Shown: in pieces, positions 1 to 9,439 of the stretch | Numbering within the stretch: the first letter of the stretch is position 1 | How the letters are laid out: each line of letters starts with the position of its first letter | Assembly (NCBI GenBank): GCA_947470575.1 | Contig: CANITX010000003.1 | Span: forward strand, 1 to 52,570 | Origin: Rhodospirillales bacterium | GTDB lineage: Bacteria; Pseudomonadota; Alphaproteobacteria; Rhodospirillales; CAMCUA01 | DNA length: 52,570 nucleotides | Reading direction: 5' to 3' | Program-made: the position numbers and the translations under genes | Notes under the pieces: model-generated | Told to the model about the DNA's origin: nothing | The model's database searches: none | What the model saw: only the letters and a program-made list of their open reading frames with translations

Positions 1-201
1 GACGACACCGCAACCGAAGTGGCTGTCGTCGTTATAGACCCGTTGCGCCGGGTGGAAGCACGAAGCCGGATAACCGGCCCGTTCCGCCATGACGACCTCA
101 TGGCCCAGCCGCTTGAAGCCCGACAGCCATTGCATGGCCCACGACAGGTTGCCGCCCAACGGATAGCGGACCATGTAGGAAGAAAGGATGACACGGGCCA
201 T
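1..201 (-). CDS. 5' part of a glycosyltransferase-like protein, paralog of 231..1511 (runs off the window edge)
   Basis: Manual translation from ATG at 201 gives MARVILSSYMVRYPLGGNLSWAMQWLSGFKRLGHEVVMAE..., which parallels the N-terminus of the adjacent gene (HPRLGGVAWDYVQYPAGLARLGHDVTYIE). Not in the ORF track. Confidence 0.75.
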   Translation of the reverse strand, partial: MARVILSSYMVRYPLGGNLSWAMQWLSGFKRLGHEVVMAERAGYPASCFHPAQRVYNDDSHFGCGVV

Positions 202-230
202 CGAAGATACCGTCCCGTCCCTGGATAGTC

Positions 231-1511
231 TCAGGCAGCCCCTTGCTGCTGTGGGTGTTCCTGCGGCCTGACGGTGAGCGCATCGTCGATCAGCCGCGGC
301 AGTACGCGGTCGTGGGCGAAATAGTCGCGCGCCACGTCGCGCGCCGCGGCAACATGGCGGGGGCGGTCCGCCTCGATGGCGGACAACGCGGCAACCGCTT
401 CGTCAGGCGTGTGAAAAGAGAACAAGCCATTCCCGGTCGGGATAACGGCCGAAAATCCGGTATCCTGGACGACCACCGGTTTGCCGGCCGCCAGATAACA
501 GGCCGACCGGCAGCTGAACCAACCGGGCTCGCCGACCACATAGCCGTTCTTGGCAACGCTCCACTCGCCGCGCGAACCCTGGATATAGGACCGGTAGCTG
601 TCGATGTCGCCGCCGACGTCGAGCGCCTCCACCACCCGCCATCCGGCGAAGCGCAGCAAGTCGGCGACTTCCCATTCCGGATGGGCGGCGGCGTCCGCGC
701 GCAAGGATTCCGGCAGCGAGCCGCCTTCTTCTTCCCAGTCGAGATGGCGCGTCGGACCCAAGGCGACTTCCAGCTTCACCTCCGGCAGGCGCCGCGGCAG
801 GTCGAGGAAGCGCTTGAACTCGATATCCTTCTGCCCAAGGCTGAGATGGCCGCAACGCAGCGGCTTGTAGCTGGTCCAGCTCATCACCGTGGTATAGGCG
901 CCGCCGCCCTCGGCATCGCCGCTGGCCCAATCGTCGAGCAGGATCGGCTGGCGGGTCGGCAGCCAGGTCACGCCGGTCGGCGGCATTTTGGCGGAATGAC
1001 GTTCGCCGAAGCTGAAGTGGATGTCGTGGGCTTTGTGCCGGGCGACGAAGGCAGCCTCGCCGTTGGCGATCTTGGCCTGGGTGAAAACCGGATCGGAATC
1101 GATATAGACCAGTCGGCCGCGGCCCCGATACTGCTCCGGGTGTTCGATGGTGCCCGAGACGTTGAGGATCAGATCGGCGTTGGCGATCGCGTCGCGCCGC
1201 TTTGTGTCGGAAAGGCCGTGCCAACTGCCGTCGATGGGAAAGCGATAGGCCCAACGGTCGGCAAGGCCGAAGCGCGCCATGACCTTGGCAAGATGGGCCA
1301 GTGTCGGCTGCGGGTCGCGGGCCACATAGTCGTTACCGCTGGCCCCACCGTCGAAGTTATAGGGCCACTCGCCGGAATCTTCGATGTAGGTGACGTCGTG
1401 GCCCAGGCGCGCTAGGCCGGCCGGATACTGCACGTAGTCCCAGGCCACCCCACCCAAACGCGGGTGCTGGGCGATCAGCCCGGTGACGACGATGCGCAAA
1501 CGCTCGGCCAT
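231..1511 (-). CDS. Putative GT-B fold glycosyltransferase-like protein
   Basis: 426-aa ORF with N-terminal GLARLGHDV and C-terminal SCRSACYLAAGKPVVVQDTG segments typical of GT-B enzymes; start overlaps the stop of the ABC gene. Confidence 0.7.
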   Translation of the reverse strand: MAERLRIVVTGLIAQHPRLGGVAWDYVQYPAGLARLGHDVTYIEDSGEWPYNFDGGASGNDYVARDPQPTLAHLAKVMARFGLADRWAYRFPIDGSWHGLSDTKRRDAIANADLILNVSGTIEHPEQYRGRGRLVYIDSDPVFTQAKIANGEAAFVARHKAHDIHFSFGERHSAKMPPTGVTWLPTRQPILLDDWASGDAEGGGAYTTVMSWTSYKPLRCGHLSLGQKDIEFKRFLDLPRRLPEVKLEVALGPTRHLDWEEEGGSLPESLRADAAAHPEWEVADLLRFAGWRVVEALDVGGDIDSYRSYIQGSRGEWSVAKNGYVVGEPGWFSCRSACYLAAGKPVVVQDTGFSAVIPTGNGLFSFHTPDEAVAALSAIEADRPRHVAAARDVARDYFAHDRVLPRLIDDALTVRPQEHPQQQGAA

Positions 1512-3307
1512 CAGCGTGCTCCGGCGATCAGGCTTTCCTCATGCGTCTCCGCCCGGACACCGCGCGGCGGCACCGTGCCGGAATTGACCAGGCGGCCGTG
1601 ATCCAGCTCCAACCACATATCGCAATCGCGCAGCGTGCTCAGCCGGTGGGCGATCATGAAGGTGGTGCGGCCTTCCATCAGCCGGTCCATGGCCGAAATG
1701 ATGATGCTTTCGGTTGCCGAGTCGACCGCGCTGGTCGGCTCGTCCAGCACCAGGATGGGGGCGTCCTTGAGGAAGGCGCGCGCGATGGAAATGCGTTGAC
1801 GTTCGCCACCGGATAAGCGCATGCCGCGTTCGCCGACGGTGGTGTCGTAACCCTGAGGCAGCGCCATGATGAAGTCATGCGCGTTCGCTGCCTTGGCGGC
1901 TGCTACGATATCGTCTTCTTTGGCATCGGGCCGGGCATAGGCGATGTTCTGGCGGATGCTGTCGGAAAACAACACCGCCTCCTGCAACACGATGCCGTAT
2001 TGGGCGCGCACGTCGGAGATGCGGTAATCGCGCAGGTCGTGCCCGTCCAGCGTGATGCGCCCGGTGGTCGGGTCGTAAAAGCGGAACAGCAGGCTGATCA
2101 ACGTCGATTTGCCGGCCCCCGTGTGTCCGAGAATGCCGACCTTGGCCGCCGCCGGCACCTTGACCGTGATGCCGTCGAGAATTTTCTGCTGACCGTCATA
2201 AGAGAATCCGACGTTCTCGAAAACGATGTCGCCGCGGGCCCGTTGCAGCGTCAAGGCATCGGACCGTTCCGCGACATCGGCCTTTTCGTCGAGCACGTCG
2301 AAGACGCGGGCCGCGCCGGCGATTGACTGCTGCACTTCAGTGATTTTCTTGCTGATGGTCTCCAGCGGACCGAAGAGTTGGGTGATGTAAGCCATCACCA
2401 GGAGCAGCGAACCGATGGTAATGGTATTGTTCTGCACCAGACCGACGCCGATGACCAGAACGGCGGCCGTGCCGAGAGCGATGGTCATGCCAACCAGCAG
2501 GTCGAAACCCGATTCGATGCTGGCGACGTCGAGATGACCGCGCACCACCTTGGACGATTGGTCGAAGAAGCGCTTGCCCTCGTGCTCCTCGCGGCCGAAA
2601 GCTTTGACCACGCGCAATGCCGACAGAGTTTCCTGCGCCACCTGCATGGCGTCGCTTTCCATCTCCTTGACTTCGAACCACCGCTTGCGCAGCAACCAGC
2701 GGCAGGTGCTGGTCAGCACGAACAGAACAGGTACTACCGCTCCGGCGACCAGGGCCAAATGCCAATCGATCATCGTCGTGACGATGATCACGCCGATCAC
2801 CGTCAGTCCGCTGGATACCAGGGCGATGAAGCCGTTGGCGACCAGGTATTGAATTCCCATGGCATCCCACTGCAGGCGATAGACGGAATCCGACGTGCCG
2901 CGGGTGTCGTGGTAAATTAGGGACAGGTGCTGCAGGTGGCGGAACAACTTCGATCGCACACTCAGCACCAGCCGCTCGCCGGTATAGGCTTGCAGCAGCC
3001 AATCGGCCATGGAACGCAGGTGGTTCAGCAGGCTGACCAGGATCAGCACCGCGATGGCAACGGCGGTTTGCCAGTAATCGGAATGCCACATCCAATCCGG
3101 GATGACCGCAACGATGAAACCCGGCAGGGGCTGGGAACCCAGCACCGTGTCGACAATGATCTTGATCGGCAGCGGGATCAGCAGGCTGATCGGTATCGCC
3201 AAAAGTTGCAGGACGATGATGCCAAGCACCGCGTAACGGAACGGTGCCGCTTCGGCAGCCAGCCGCCGGTAGATATTACGGTCCGACATGGGCGTCTTGG
3301 CCGTCAC
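1511..3307 (-). CDS. ABC exporter, fused permease and ATP-binding domains (MsbA-like)
   Basis: N-terminal TM helices, Walker A GHTGAGKS, signature LSGGERQ, Walker B ILVLDE, H-loop IAHRL. GTG start at 3307 overlaps the upstream TGA and follows GGAGG. Confidence 0.92.
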   Translation of the reverse strand: MTAKTPMSDRNIYRRLAAEAAPFRYAVLGIIVLQLLAIPISLLIPLPIKIIVDTVLGSQPLPGFIVAVIPDWMWHSDYWQTAVAIAVLILVSLLNHLRSMADWLLQAYTGERLVLSVRSKLFRHLQHLSLIYHDTRGTSDSVYRLQWDAMGIQYLVANGFIALVSSGLTVIGVIIVTTMIDWHLALVAGAVVPVLFVLTSTCRWLLRKRWFEVKEMESDAMQVAQETLSALRVVKAFGREEHEGKRFFDQSSKVVRGHLDVASIESGFDLLVGMTIALGTAAVLVIGVGLVQNNTITIGSLLLVMAYITQLFGPLETISKKITEVQQSIAGAARVFDVLDEKADVAERSDALTLQRARGDIVFENVGFSYDGQQKILDGITVKVPAAAKVGILGHTGAGKSTLISLLFRFYDPTTGRITLDGHDLRDYRISDVRAQYGIVLQEAVLFSDSIRQNIAYARPDAKEDDIVAAAKAANAHDFIMALPQGYDTTVGERGMRLSGGERQRISIARAFLKDAPILVLDEPTSAVDSATESIIISAMDRLMEGRTTFMIAHRLSTLRDCDMWLELDHGRLVNSGTVPPRGVRAETHEESLIAGAR

Positions 3308-5883
3308 GACACCTCCCGAGTCCAGCGATCCGTCATCGATATGGCGACACGCTCGACATGATACAACGCTGCTCCGGCCTGGCGAATTGCCAAGATCGCC
3401 GGCACCAGGGCGAGCAGGGCAAGACCGACAGTGGCGACCCAACTGCCGTTCATTGCGGCGCCGGCAGCGCCCAACAATGGCAGACCGATACCGATCAGCA
3501 ACGGCAACGGCCAGCGTGGTACAACGCCTATGCGGATGTATTGGTTGCCGGCGCCGTGATCTTCGACCGACATCAGGGCACGGGCCGACCCAAGCGCGCC
3601 GCCGTGCACTTCGAAGTCCCAGCGGTCATAAGGGCCGCCGAAGGTCAGCGCGCAGCCGCTTCGTGCCAATGCGTCGATGACGGCTGCCAGGCGCGATTCG
3701 GGAGTTGCCCAAAGCGCCGTCCAGACGGCCAGTTGCCGCGGTAGGGGGAAGGGATGTCCGTCGGCACTGGCCGAGCGCCAGGGGGTCAGGCCGTGTTGCA
3801 ACCGGCCCCACAGTCGGGCCAACGGCTGCATGATGTGTAGGCCCGAGGTTATCGCCCATTGGCGAACGCGCTCATTGGTCGGGCGATTGCCGCGCATGAA
3901 CGAACCGCGACAGGCGCTGATACCGGCCTGGGCGAGAACGGGGACCAAGGCGAGCAGGGCGACCGGCAGCGCATAACCGAGCGGTGCCCACGAAAAGCCG
4001 AGCAGAGCCACAAACAACAGCGTTCCCAGCAGCAGGAACCATTCCGGCATTAGCGGATAGTAGGCTGCTGTCGGCGGTGCGCCCTGGTACAGCGATTGGA
4101 ATGGCGCCGCGCCCCATTGTCCATGGTAGACCCGCTGCGGCTGGAACAGCGGCAGCGTGAGGCCGCTGCCGTAGATGCGGCCGTGCCAGTAAAGATGACC
4201 CAGCCGGTTGTAGCGGGCTGGCCATTTTTCGGCGAGCAGCGCCTCGGCCTTGCCGTAGCCCTTCTGCTGGCGCCAATACATCTCCACCGAATTGCGCCGG
4301 TGGTGCCAGACCAGCGCCGACGGGCTGAAACCGATGGTGCCGCCGTTCTCCTGCAGGCGCCAGCAGATGTCGACATCGTCGCCGGCGGCCCGGTAGCGCG
4401 CGTCGAAACCGTCGATGGCGGCAAGCGCGGCGCGGCGGAAGGCCATGTTGCAGCCGGGAATGTGTTCGGCCAACTCGTCGGTGATCAGCACCTGCATCGG
4501 GCCGCCCGGCGCGTTGGCGACGCACTCGGCGATGGGCCCATCGTCGGGCGGCGGCAGGTTGGGTCCGCCGATGCCGACGTGCTTGGTGCGAATGAAGGCG
4601 GCGGCCAGATAGGTCAGCCAGTCCGGGTCCGGATAGGCGTCGTCGTCGATATAGGCGACGATCTCGCCGGTGGCTTCCTGCCAGCCGGTATTGCGCGCCG
4701 CCGACAGGCCGCGGTTCTCGCTGGAAAACAAGCGGACGTCGTATTCCCCGGCAATGTCGGGCGTCGCATCCTTGGAACCGTCGTTGACGACGATCACCTC
4801 GTAATCCGGGTAATGGAGCCGCTCCAGCCCCTCCAGCGTATCGCGGATGGTACGCGCGCCGTTGTAGCTGCAAACGACCACCGAGATGCGCGGCCAGCTA
4901 TCGTCCGGTGCATAAGGCACATCGGCAAAGGCGCGCCCGACGGCGGCCAGTGCCGGCTTCGGGGTGCGGTCGATATGGGTGATGCCGAAGGCCCAGTCGT
5001 CGACCTGCTGCTTGGCCCGCCACCATTCGTCGGTCCACGAGAAGATGACGACCCCGGCGGCGCCGCCGGCAAAAACCGCGCGGATCTGCCAGTCGAGCAC
5101 GTGGGCCTGCTTTTCCTCGCCGTTGCGCATGGCGTCCAGGCCGGCCTCGGTCAGCAGCAGCGGCCGGTCGCCGGCCAGCGTCTGCAGGCGTTGCAGATAG
5201 GCGTCCAGCTTTTCCGGCGACTCCAGATAGACGTTGAAGCACAGCAGGTCGAGGAACGGTAGGTCCAGATATTCGGTCGTCGGGTAGTTGACATAGGTTA
5301 CCAGGCCCAGCGGGTCTTCGGCGCGGATCGCATCGGCAATGCGTTTCAGGTAGCGTTCGATCCGCCGCCGGCCCAGCCAGCGCGCCGTCGGCGCCGGGAT
5401 TTCGTTGCCGATGCCATAGCACAGCAGCGCCGGATGGCCGGCGACGCGGCGCACCTTGGCCCGCACTTCGGCGATGACGTCGGGGCCTTTTTTGCTGTCG
5501 ATCAGATAGCCGACGTATTGCTCCGCCGACAGGCCGACCATGACCCACAGATCGTGGCGTTCGGCGATGTCGAGCAGTGCACGCGGCGGCATGGTGTGCG
5601 GAATGCGCACGGTATTGATACCGGCTGCCGCCATCTGGGCGAAGTCGCGCTCGATCTGCTCCAGGTCGGGGTATTCGTTGCCCTGCTCGTCGGGCTTGAA
5701 GGCGCCGTAGGTAATGCCCTTTACCCACAGCTTGCGCCCACGCGCGAACAGGAATTTGCCGAGCGCCACGGGGCGCGTGCCGAAATCTCCCTCGCCGTGA
5801 CCCGCCAGCAGATGCCGCTTACCGGGTCCGGCGGCCCCGCCTTCGGCTGCTTGGACGAGGCGGGCAGATGTGGACGCGGTCAT
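3304..5883 (-). CDS. Clan GH-A (GH2-like) TIM-barrel domain fused to a GT2 glycosyltransferase with C-terminal TM helices
   Basis: GINTVR, GIGNEI (acid/base) and LLTEAG (nucleophile) motifs, followed by ISVVVCSYN, VNDGSKD, YIDDDA and GDDVD GT2 motifs and a hydrophobic C-terminus. Confidence 0.85.
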   Translation of the reverse strand: MTASTSARLVQAAEGGAAGPGKRHLLAGHGEGDFGTRPVALGKFLFARGRKLWVKGITYGAFKPDEQGNEYPDLEQIERDFAQMAAAGINTVRIPHTMPPRALLDIAERHDLWVMVGLSAEQYVGYLIDSKKGPDVIAEVRAKVRRVAGHPALLCYGIGNEIPAPTARWLGRRRIERYLKRIADAIRAEDPLGLVTYVNYPTTEYLDLPFLDLLCFNVYLESPEKLDAYLQRLQTLAGDRPLLLTEAGLDAMRNGEEKQAHVLDWQIRAVFAGGAAGVVIFSWTDEWWRAKQQVDDWAFGITHIDRTPKPALAAVGRAFADVPYAPDDSWPRISVVVCSYNGARTIRDTLEGLERLHYPDYEVIVVNDGSKDATPDIAGEYDVRLFSSENRGLSAARNTGWQEATGEIVAYIDDDAYPDPDWLTYLAAAFIRTKHVGIGGPNLPPPDDGPIAECVANAPGGPMQVLITDELAEHIPGCNMAFRRAALAAIDGFDARYRAAGDDVDICWRLQENGGTIGFSPSALVWHHRRNSVEMYWRQQKGYGKAEALLAEKWPARYNRLGHLYWHGRIYGSGLTLPLFQPQRVYHGQWGAAPFQSLYQGAPPTAAYYPLMPEWFLLLGTLLFVALLGFSWAPLGYALPVALLALVPVLAQAGISACRGSFMRGNRPTNERVRQWAITSGLHIMQPLARLWGRLQHGLTPWRSASADGHPFPLPRQLAVWTALWATPESRLAAVIDALARSGCALTFGGPYDRWDFEVHGGALGSARALMSVEDHGAGNQYIRIGVVPRWPLPLLIGIGLPLLGAAGAAMNGSWVATVGLALLALVPAILAIRQAGAALYHVERVAISMTDRWTREVS

Positions 5884-6923
5884 GACCCGTGGCGTCGCCG
5901 CAACGCCGTTTCAACCGATGCCGTTTGTGGAAATACGATGGGAACGGCAGCGCGTGCCGTGGCCCAACGCCAAGCCGTGGCGACGATGTTATCCAGGCTC
6001 GAATGTGTGGGCTTCCAGCCGAGGATGCGACGAGCCATCGCCGCATCGGCGACCAAAAACGGCGGGTCGCCGGGGCGGCGCGGCTGCAGGATCGCCTTGA
6101 TCGGATGGCCGGCGGCGCGCTCTACGGCCTGGATCACGGCCCGTACCGAATGGCCGGTACCCGTGCCTAGGTTGATCGCCGCGCTCTCGCCGCCGCCGCC
6201 CAGATAGTCGAGCGCCCGGATATGGGCGTCGGCCAAGTCGGCGACATGAATATAGTCGCGCACAGCCGTGCCATCGGGCGTCGGATAGTCGGTGCCGAAA
6301 ATCTGCAGCACCGTCTGTTTGCCCAATGCCGTGCGGATGACGGACGGAATCAGATGCGGCTCCGGGTCGTGGTCCTCGCCAAGTTCGCCTTCCGCGTCGG
6401 CGCCGGCGGCATTGAAGTAACGCAATGCCATCCAGTCCAGTCCATGGCAGGTACGATACCAGCCCAACAACTTTTCCATCATCAGCTTCGATTCGCCATA
6501 GGGGCTCATCGGCCGGGTCGGCGTCGTCTCGTCGATCGGTGTACGCTCGGGGATGCCATAGGTGGCGCAGGTCGAGGATACGACGATCCGCGTGACGCCG
6601 ACCTTGTGCATGGCTTCGAGCAAGCTCTGCGTGCCGCCGACGTTGTTGGCGAAATAGCGGCCCGGCTCCTGCATCGATTCGCCGACGTAGGCGAACGCGG
6701 CGAAATGCACGACCGCCGTTACCCGATGCTTGCGCATCACCGCTTCCAAGCGGGTCTGATCGTTGATGTCGCCGATCTCCAGCGGTCCCCAACGCACGGC
6801 CCATTCATGGCCGCGCGACAGGTTGTCGTAGACGACCGGCAGGAAACCGGCCCCGGCCAGGGCCTTGCAAGCGTGGCTGCCGACATAGCCGGCGCCGCCG
6901 GTAACGAGGATGGGGGTGGGCAT
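5880..6923 (-). CDS. galE: UDP-sugar 4-epimerase (GalE family; resembles the UDP-xylose 4-epimerase subgroup)
   Basis: TGGAGYVG, HFAAFAYVGES, SSTCATYG, YGESK, LRYFNAAGAD and DGTAVRDYIHV motifs. Confidence 0.9.
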   Translation of the reverse strand: MPTPILVTGGAGYVGSHACKALAGAGFLPVVYDNLSRGHEWAVRWGPLEIGDINDQTRLEAVMRKHRVTAVVHFAAFAYVGESMQEPGRYFANNVGGTQSLLEAMHKVGVTRIVVSSTCATYGIPERTPIDETTPTRPMSPYGESKLMMEKLLGWYRTCHGLDWMALRYFNAAGADAEGELGEDHDPEPHLIPSVIRTALGKQTVLQIFGTDYPTPDGTAVRDYIHVADLADAHIRALDYLGGGGESAAINLGTGTGHSVRAVIQAVERAAGHPIKAILQPRRPGDPPFLVADAAMARRILGWKPTHSSLDNIVATAWRWATARAAVPIVFPQTASVETALRRRHGS

Positions 6924-6927
6924 GGCT

Positions 6928-7956
6928 TTAAGCGATCCCCGCCCGTTTGACGTCGCGCGGTTCCTTGTCGAGCGGGATGGCGCGCAGATAACCGGTGCGC
7001 GGCCCCGTGCCCAGCAAGGTACGGAAGTACTCGATGGTGCGGATCAGCCCCTCGCGCAGCGGAACATTCGGGCTCCACTGCAGCTTCTCTTCGGCCAAGG
7101 CGATGTTAGGCTTGCGCTGCTGCGGGTCGTCGGGCAGCTGCGGGCGGCGCACGATCTCCGACGACGAACCGGTCAGCACGACCACCATGTTGGCCAGTTC
7201 GGCGATGGTGAATTCGCCGGGATTGCCAAGGTTGATCGGGCCGGTGACGTCTTCCGGCGTGTTCATCAGGCGAATCAGGCCTTCGACCAAGTCGTCGACG
7301 AAGCAGAACGACCGGGTCTGGCGGCCGTCGCCGTACATGGTGATCGGTTCGCCCTTCAGCGCTTGGACGATGAAGTTGGAAATCACTCGGCCATCCTGCG
7401 GATGCATGCGTGGGCCGTAGGTATTGAAGATGCGCGCCACCTTGATCTGAACCTTGTGCTGGCGCCAGTAGTCGAAATAAAGCGTCTCGGCCGCCCGCTT
7501 GCCTTCGTCGTAACAGGCGCGGTAACCGATCGGGTTGACGTGGCCCCAATAGGTCTCCGGTTGCGGGTGAACCTTCGGGTCGCCATAAACTTCGCTGGTC
7601 GAAGCCTGCAGGATGCGGGCGCGTTGGCGTTTGGCCAGGCCCAGCATGTTGATCGCGCCCAGCACGCTGGTCTTCATCGTATGCACCGGATCGGATTGGT
7701 AGTGCACCGGCGAGGCAGGGCAGGCCAGGTTGTAGATCTGGTCGACCTGCACGAACAGCGGTTCGGTAACGTCGTGATGGATCAGTTCGAAACGCGGGTT
7801 GGACATAAGGTGCGCCACGTTGGACTTGGTGCCCGTGTGGAAGTTATCGACGCACAGCACATCATGGCCGCGGGCCAGCAGCTGCTCGCAAAGATGCGAA
7901 CCGACGAAGCCGGCGCCACCGGTGACCAAAACCCGAGAATATCCCAAGCCAAGCAT
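6928..7956 (-). CDS. uxs: UDP-glucuronate decarboxylase (UDP-xylose synthase)
   Basis: [49 protein letters not shown] and DDPQQRKP motifs. Start placed at ATG 7956, upstream of the Rossmann motif. Confidence 0.92.
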   Translation of the reverse strand: MLGLGYSRVLVTGGAGFVGSHLCEQLLARGHDVLCVDNFHTGTKSNVAHLMSNPRFELIHHDVTEPLFVQVDQIYNLACPASPVHYQSDPVHTMKTSVLGAINMLGLAKRQRARILQASTSEVYGDPKVHPQPETYWGHVNPIGYRACYDEGKRAAETLYFDYWRQHKVQIKVARIFNTYGPRMHPQDGRVISNFIVQALKGEPITMYGDGRQTRSFCFVDDLVEGLIRLMNTPEDVTGPINLGNPGEFTIAELANMVVVLTGSSSEIVRRPQLPDDPQQRKPNIALAEEKLQWSPNVPLREGLIRTIEYFRTLLGTGPRTGYLRAIPLDKEPRDVKRAGIA

Positions 7957-8183
7957 CTTCGTACTTGCCTTCGTTCTGTGGAGCGTCTGGCGTCTGGCCG
8001 CATGTTTCCTGGGGCCTGCAATCGCGCTGCAGGGCCCTCGGTCATCGCAGACCGCTCGAATTGTCATGTGTTGAAGAGCATCACGCTGTTACCGGCCCCG
8101 GTGTGGAACCGGCCTGCCCATTCGCGTTATGGGCGAATTCTCCTTCGGTGTCCTATCGCGAGGCCTGTCCGGCCTCTTCCCCC

Positions 8184-8202
8184 TGATCGGTTGAACCGAT
8201 CA
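8184..8202. promoter_or_regulatory. Perfect inverted repeat, candidate operator upstream of the glycan operon
   Basis: TGATCGGTT-G-AACCGATCA in the intergenic region. Confidence 0.45.
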
Positions 8203-8433
8203 CCCACTTACCTCTTTAGAAACCGTAGATGCCCCCTTGTTCGCGCTTGAGTAGTATGCCGCATACGAAGGGGCGTTCCGCTACCAAACGCAAAATTCGA
8301 TAACAGTCGAATTCCTTAGTTTGATGATCGCATTTTTGTCCCTGGAACCTGAACGCTCCCTGAACGGTTGTTTAGACCTCGTTAACCTGTTTATCCAGGC
8401 GGCTGCCATGGATGAAAAGGCGGAATTCAGCCG

Positions 8434-8775
8434 TTAGGGCCGCTCCAGCCAGACTTCGACGCCGGCCGTGGCGATGACGGCGATGTCGTCGCCCCCGTCG
8501 TCGGGCACGTCGAGTCCGCCCTTGACCGCTTTGACGGTGATGTTGCCGAAAGGCAGCACCGCTTGCACGGCCGCGGTGTCGATGCGCTCGGGCCGCTGTA
8601 CGCCGATAGTGACGTCGATGCGCAGGGTCTTCTTATCGATGCCCAATGTGCGGATCAGGGTCAGCGAACTGTGGTGCAGGGCGTCCTCGACGGCGCGGAT
8701 GGCGGCCTTGGTGTAATTGCCGCCGTGCAGATCGTTGCCGGTGCCCATTTCCAGGATGACGCGCTTGGCTACCAT
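8434..8775 (-). CDS. Lin0512 family protein
   Basis: ILEMGTGNDLHGGNYTKAAIRAVEDALHHSSL and VLPFG...GGL motifs. Confidence 0.88.
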   Translation of the reverse strand: MVAKRVILEMGTGNDLHGGNYTKAAIRAVEDALHHSSLTLIRTLGIDKKTLRIDVTIGVQRPERIDTAAVQAVLPFGNITVKAVKGGLDVPDDGGDDIAVIATAGVEVWLERP

Positions 8776-8788
8776 GACTGTCTTCACC

Positions 8789-9130
8789 TCAGGGCAGGTC
8801 GAGCCGCACGACGGCGGCGGCATTGGCGATCACTGTCGAACCGGTACCCGCCGCATTGCGGATTTCCAGGCCGCCCTCCATGACGCGCACGGTACCGGTG
8901 CCGTGCGGCAGCACCGCCAGCACCGCGTCCTTGTCCACCTGGTCGGGTTTGGGCACGCCGATGAAGACCTCGACCTGCATGTCGTCGACGGACAATCCCA
9001 GGGCCGGTCCGACCGACAGCGAATTGTGCCAAAGGGCATCGCGCAAGGCGCGCACCGCCGCCTTGGTGTAATCGGTGCCCCGGATATCGGTGCCCATGCC
9101 GATTTCGGTCACCACGCGTTTCAAGGTCAT
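8789..9130 (-). CDS. Lin0512 family protein
   Basis: EIGMGTDIRGTDYTKAAVRALRDALWHNSL and VLPHG...GGL motifs. Confidence 0.88.
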   Translation of the reverse strand: MTLKRVVTEIGMGTDIRGTDYTKAAVRALRDALWHNSLSVGPALGLSVDDMQVEVFIGVPKPDQVDKDAVLAVLPHGTGTVRVMEGGLEIRNAAGTGSTVIANAAAVVRLDLP

Positions 9131-9439
9131 GGTCGATTCCGTCCCATCTTGGTTTCGAGTCTATTGTTGGCGTGCAGAAAACCATGCTGGAAAAGTCTTA
9201 TCCAGCCCAATTTTCGGAAGGTCTGTTCCGCGGCGCTACTCTTGACTCCGGGCGGACAGCGGCAGCAAATGGTCTCTCCATTTGTTAGTTTTTCTGCCCA
9301 ATAGAATACATTCCATTGGCTAGAATATTCAGAGAGCAGGCGATACAACAAAAGCCCGCCCCTTTCTTCAATGCGTCCGCAACGAGACGCGAGCAGGCTT
9401 CACGCAGTGTGCAGGGAACCGTAGGGAGACAGCAGCGTC

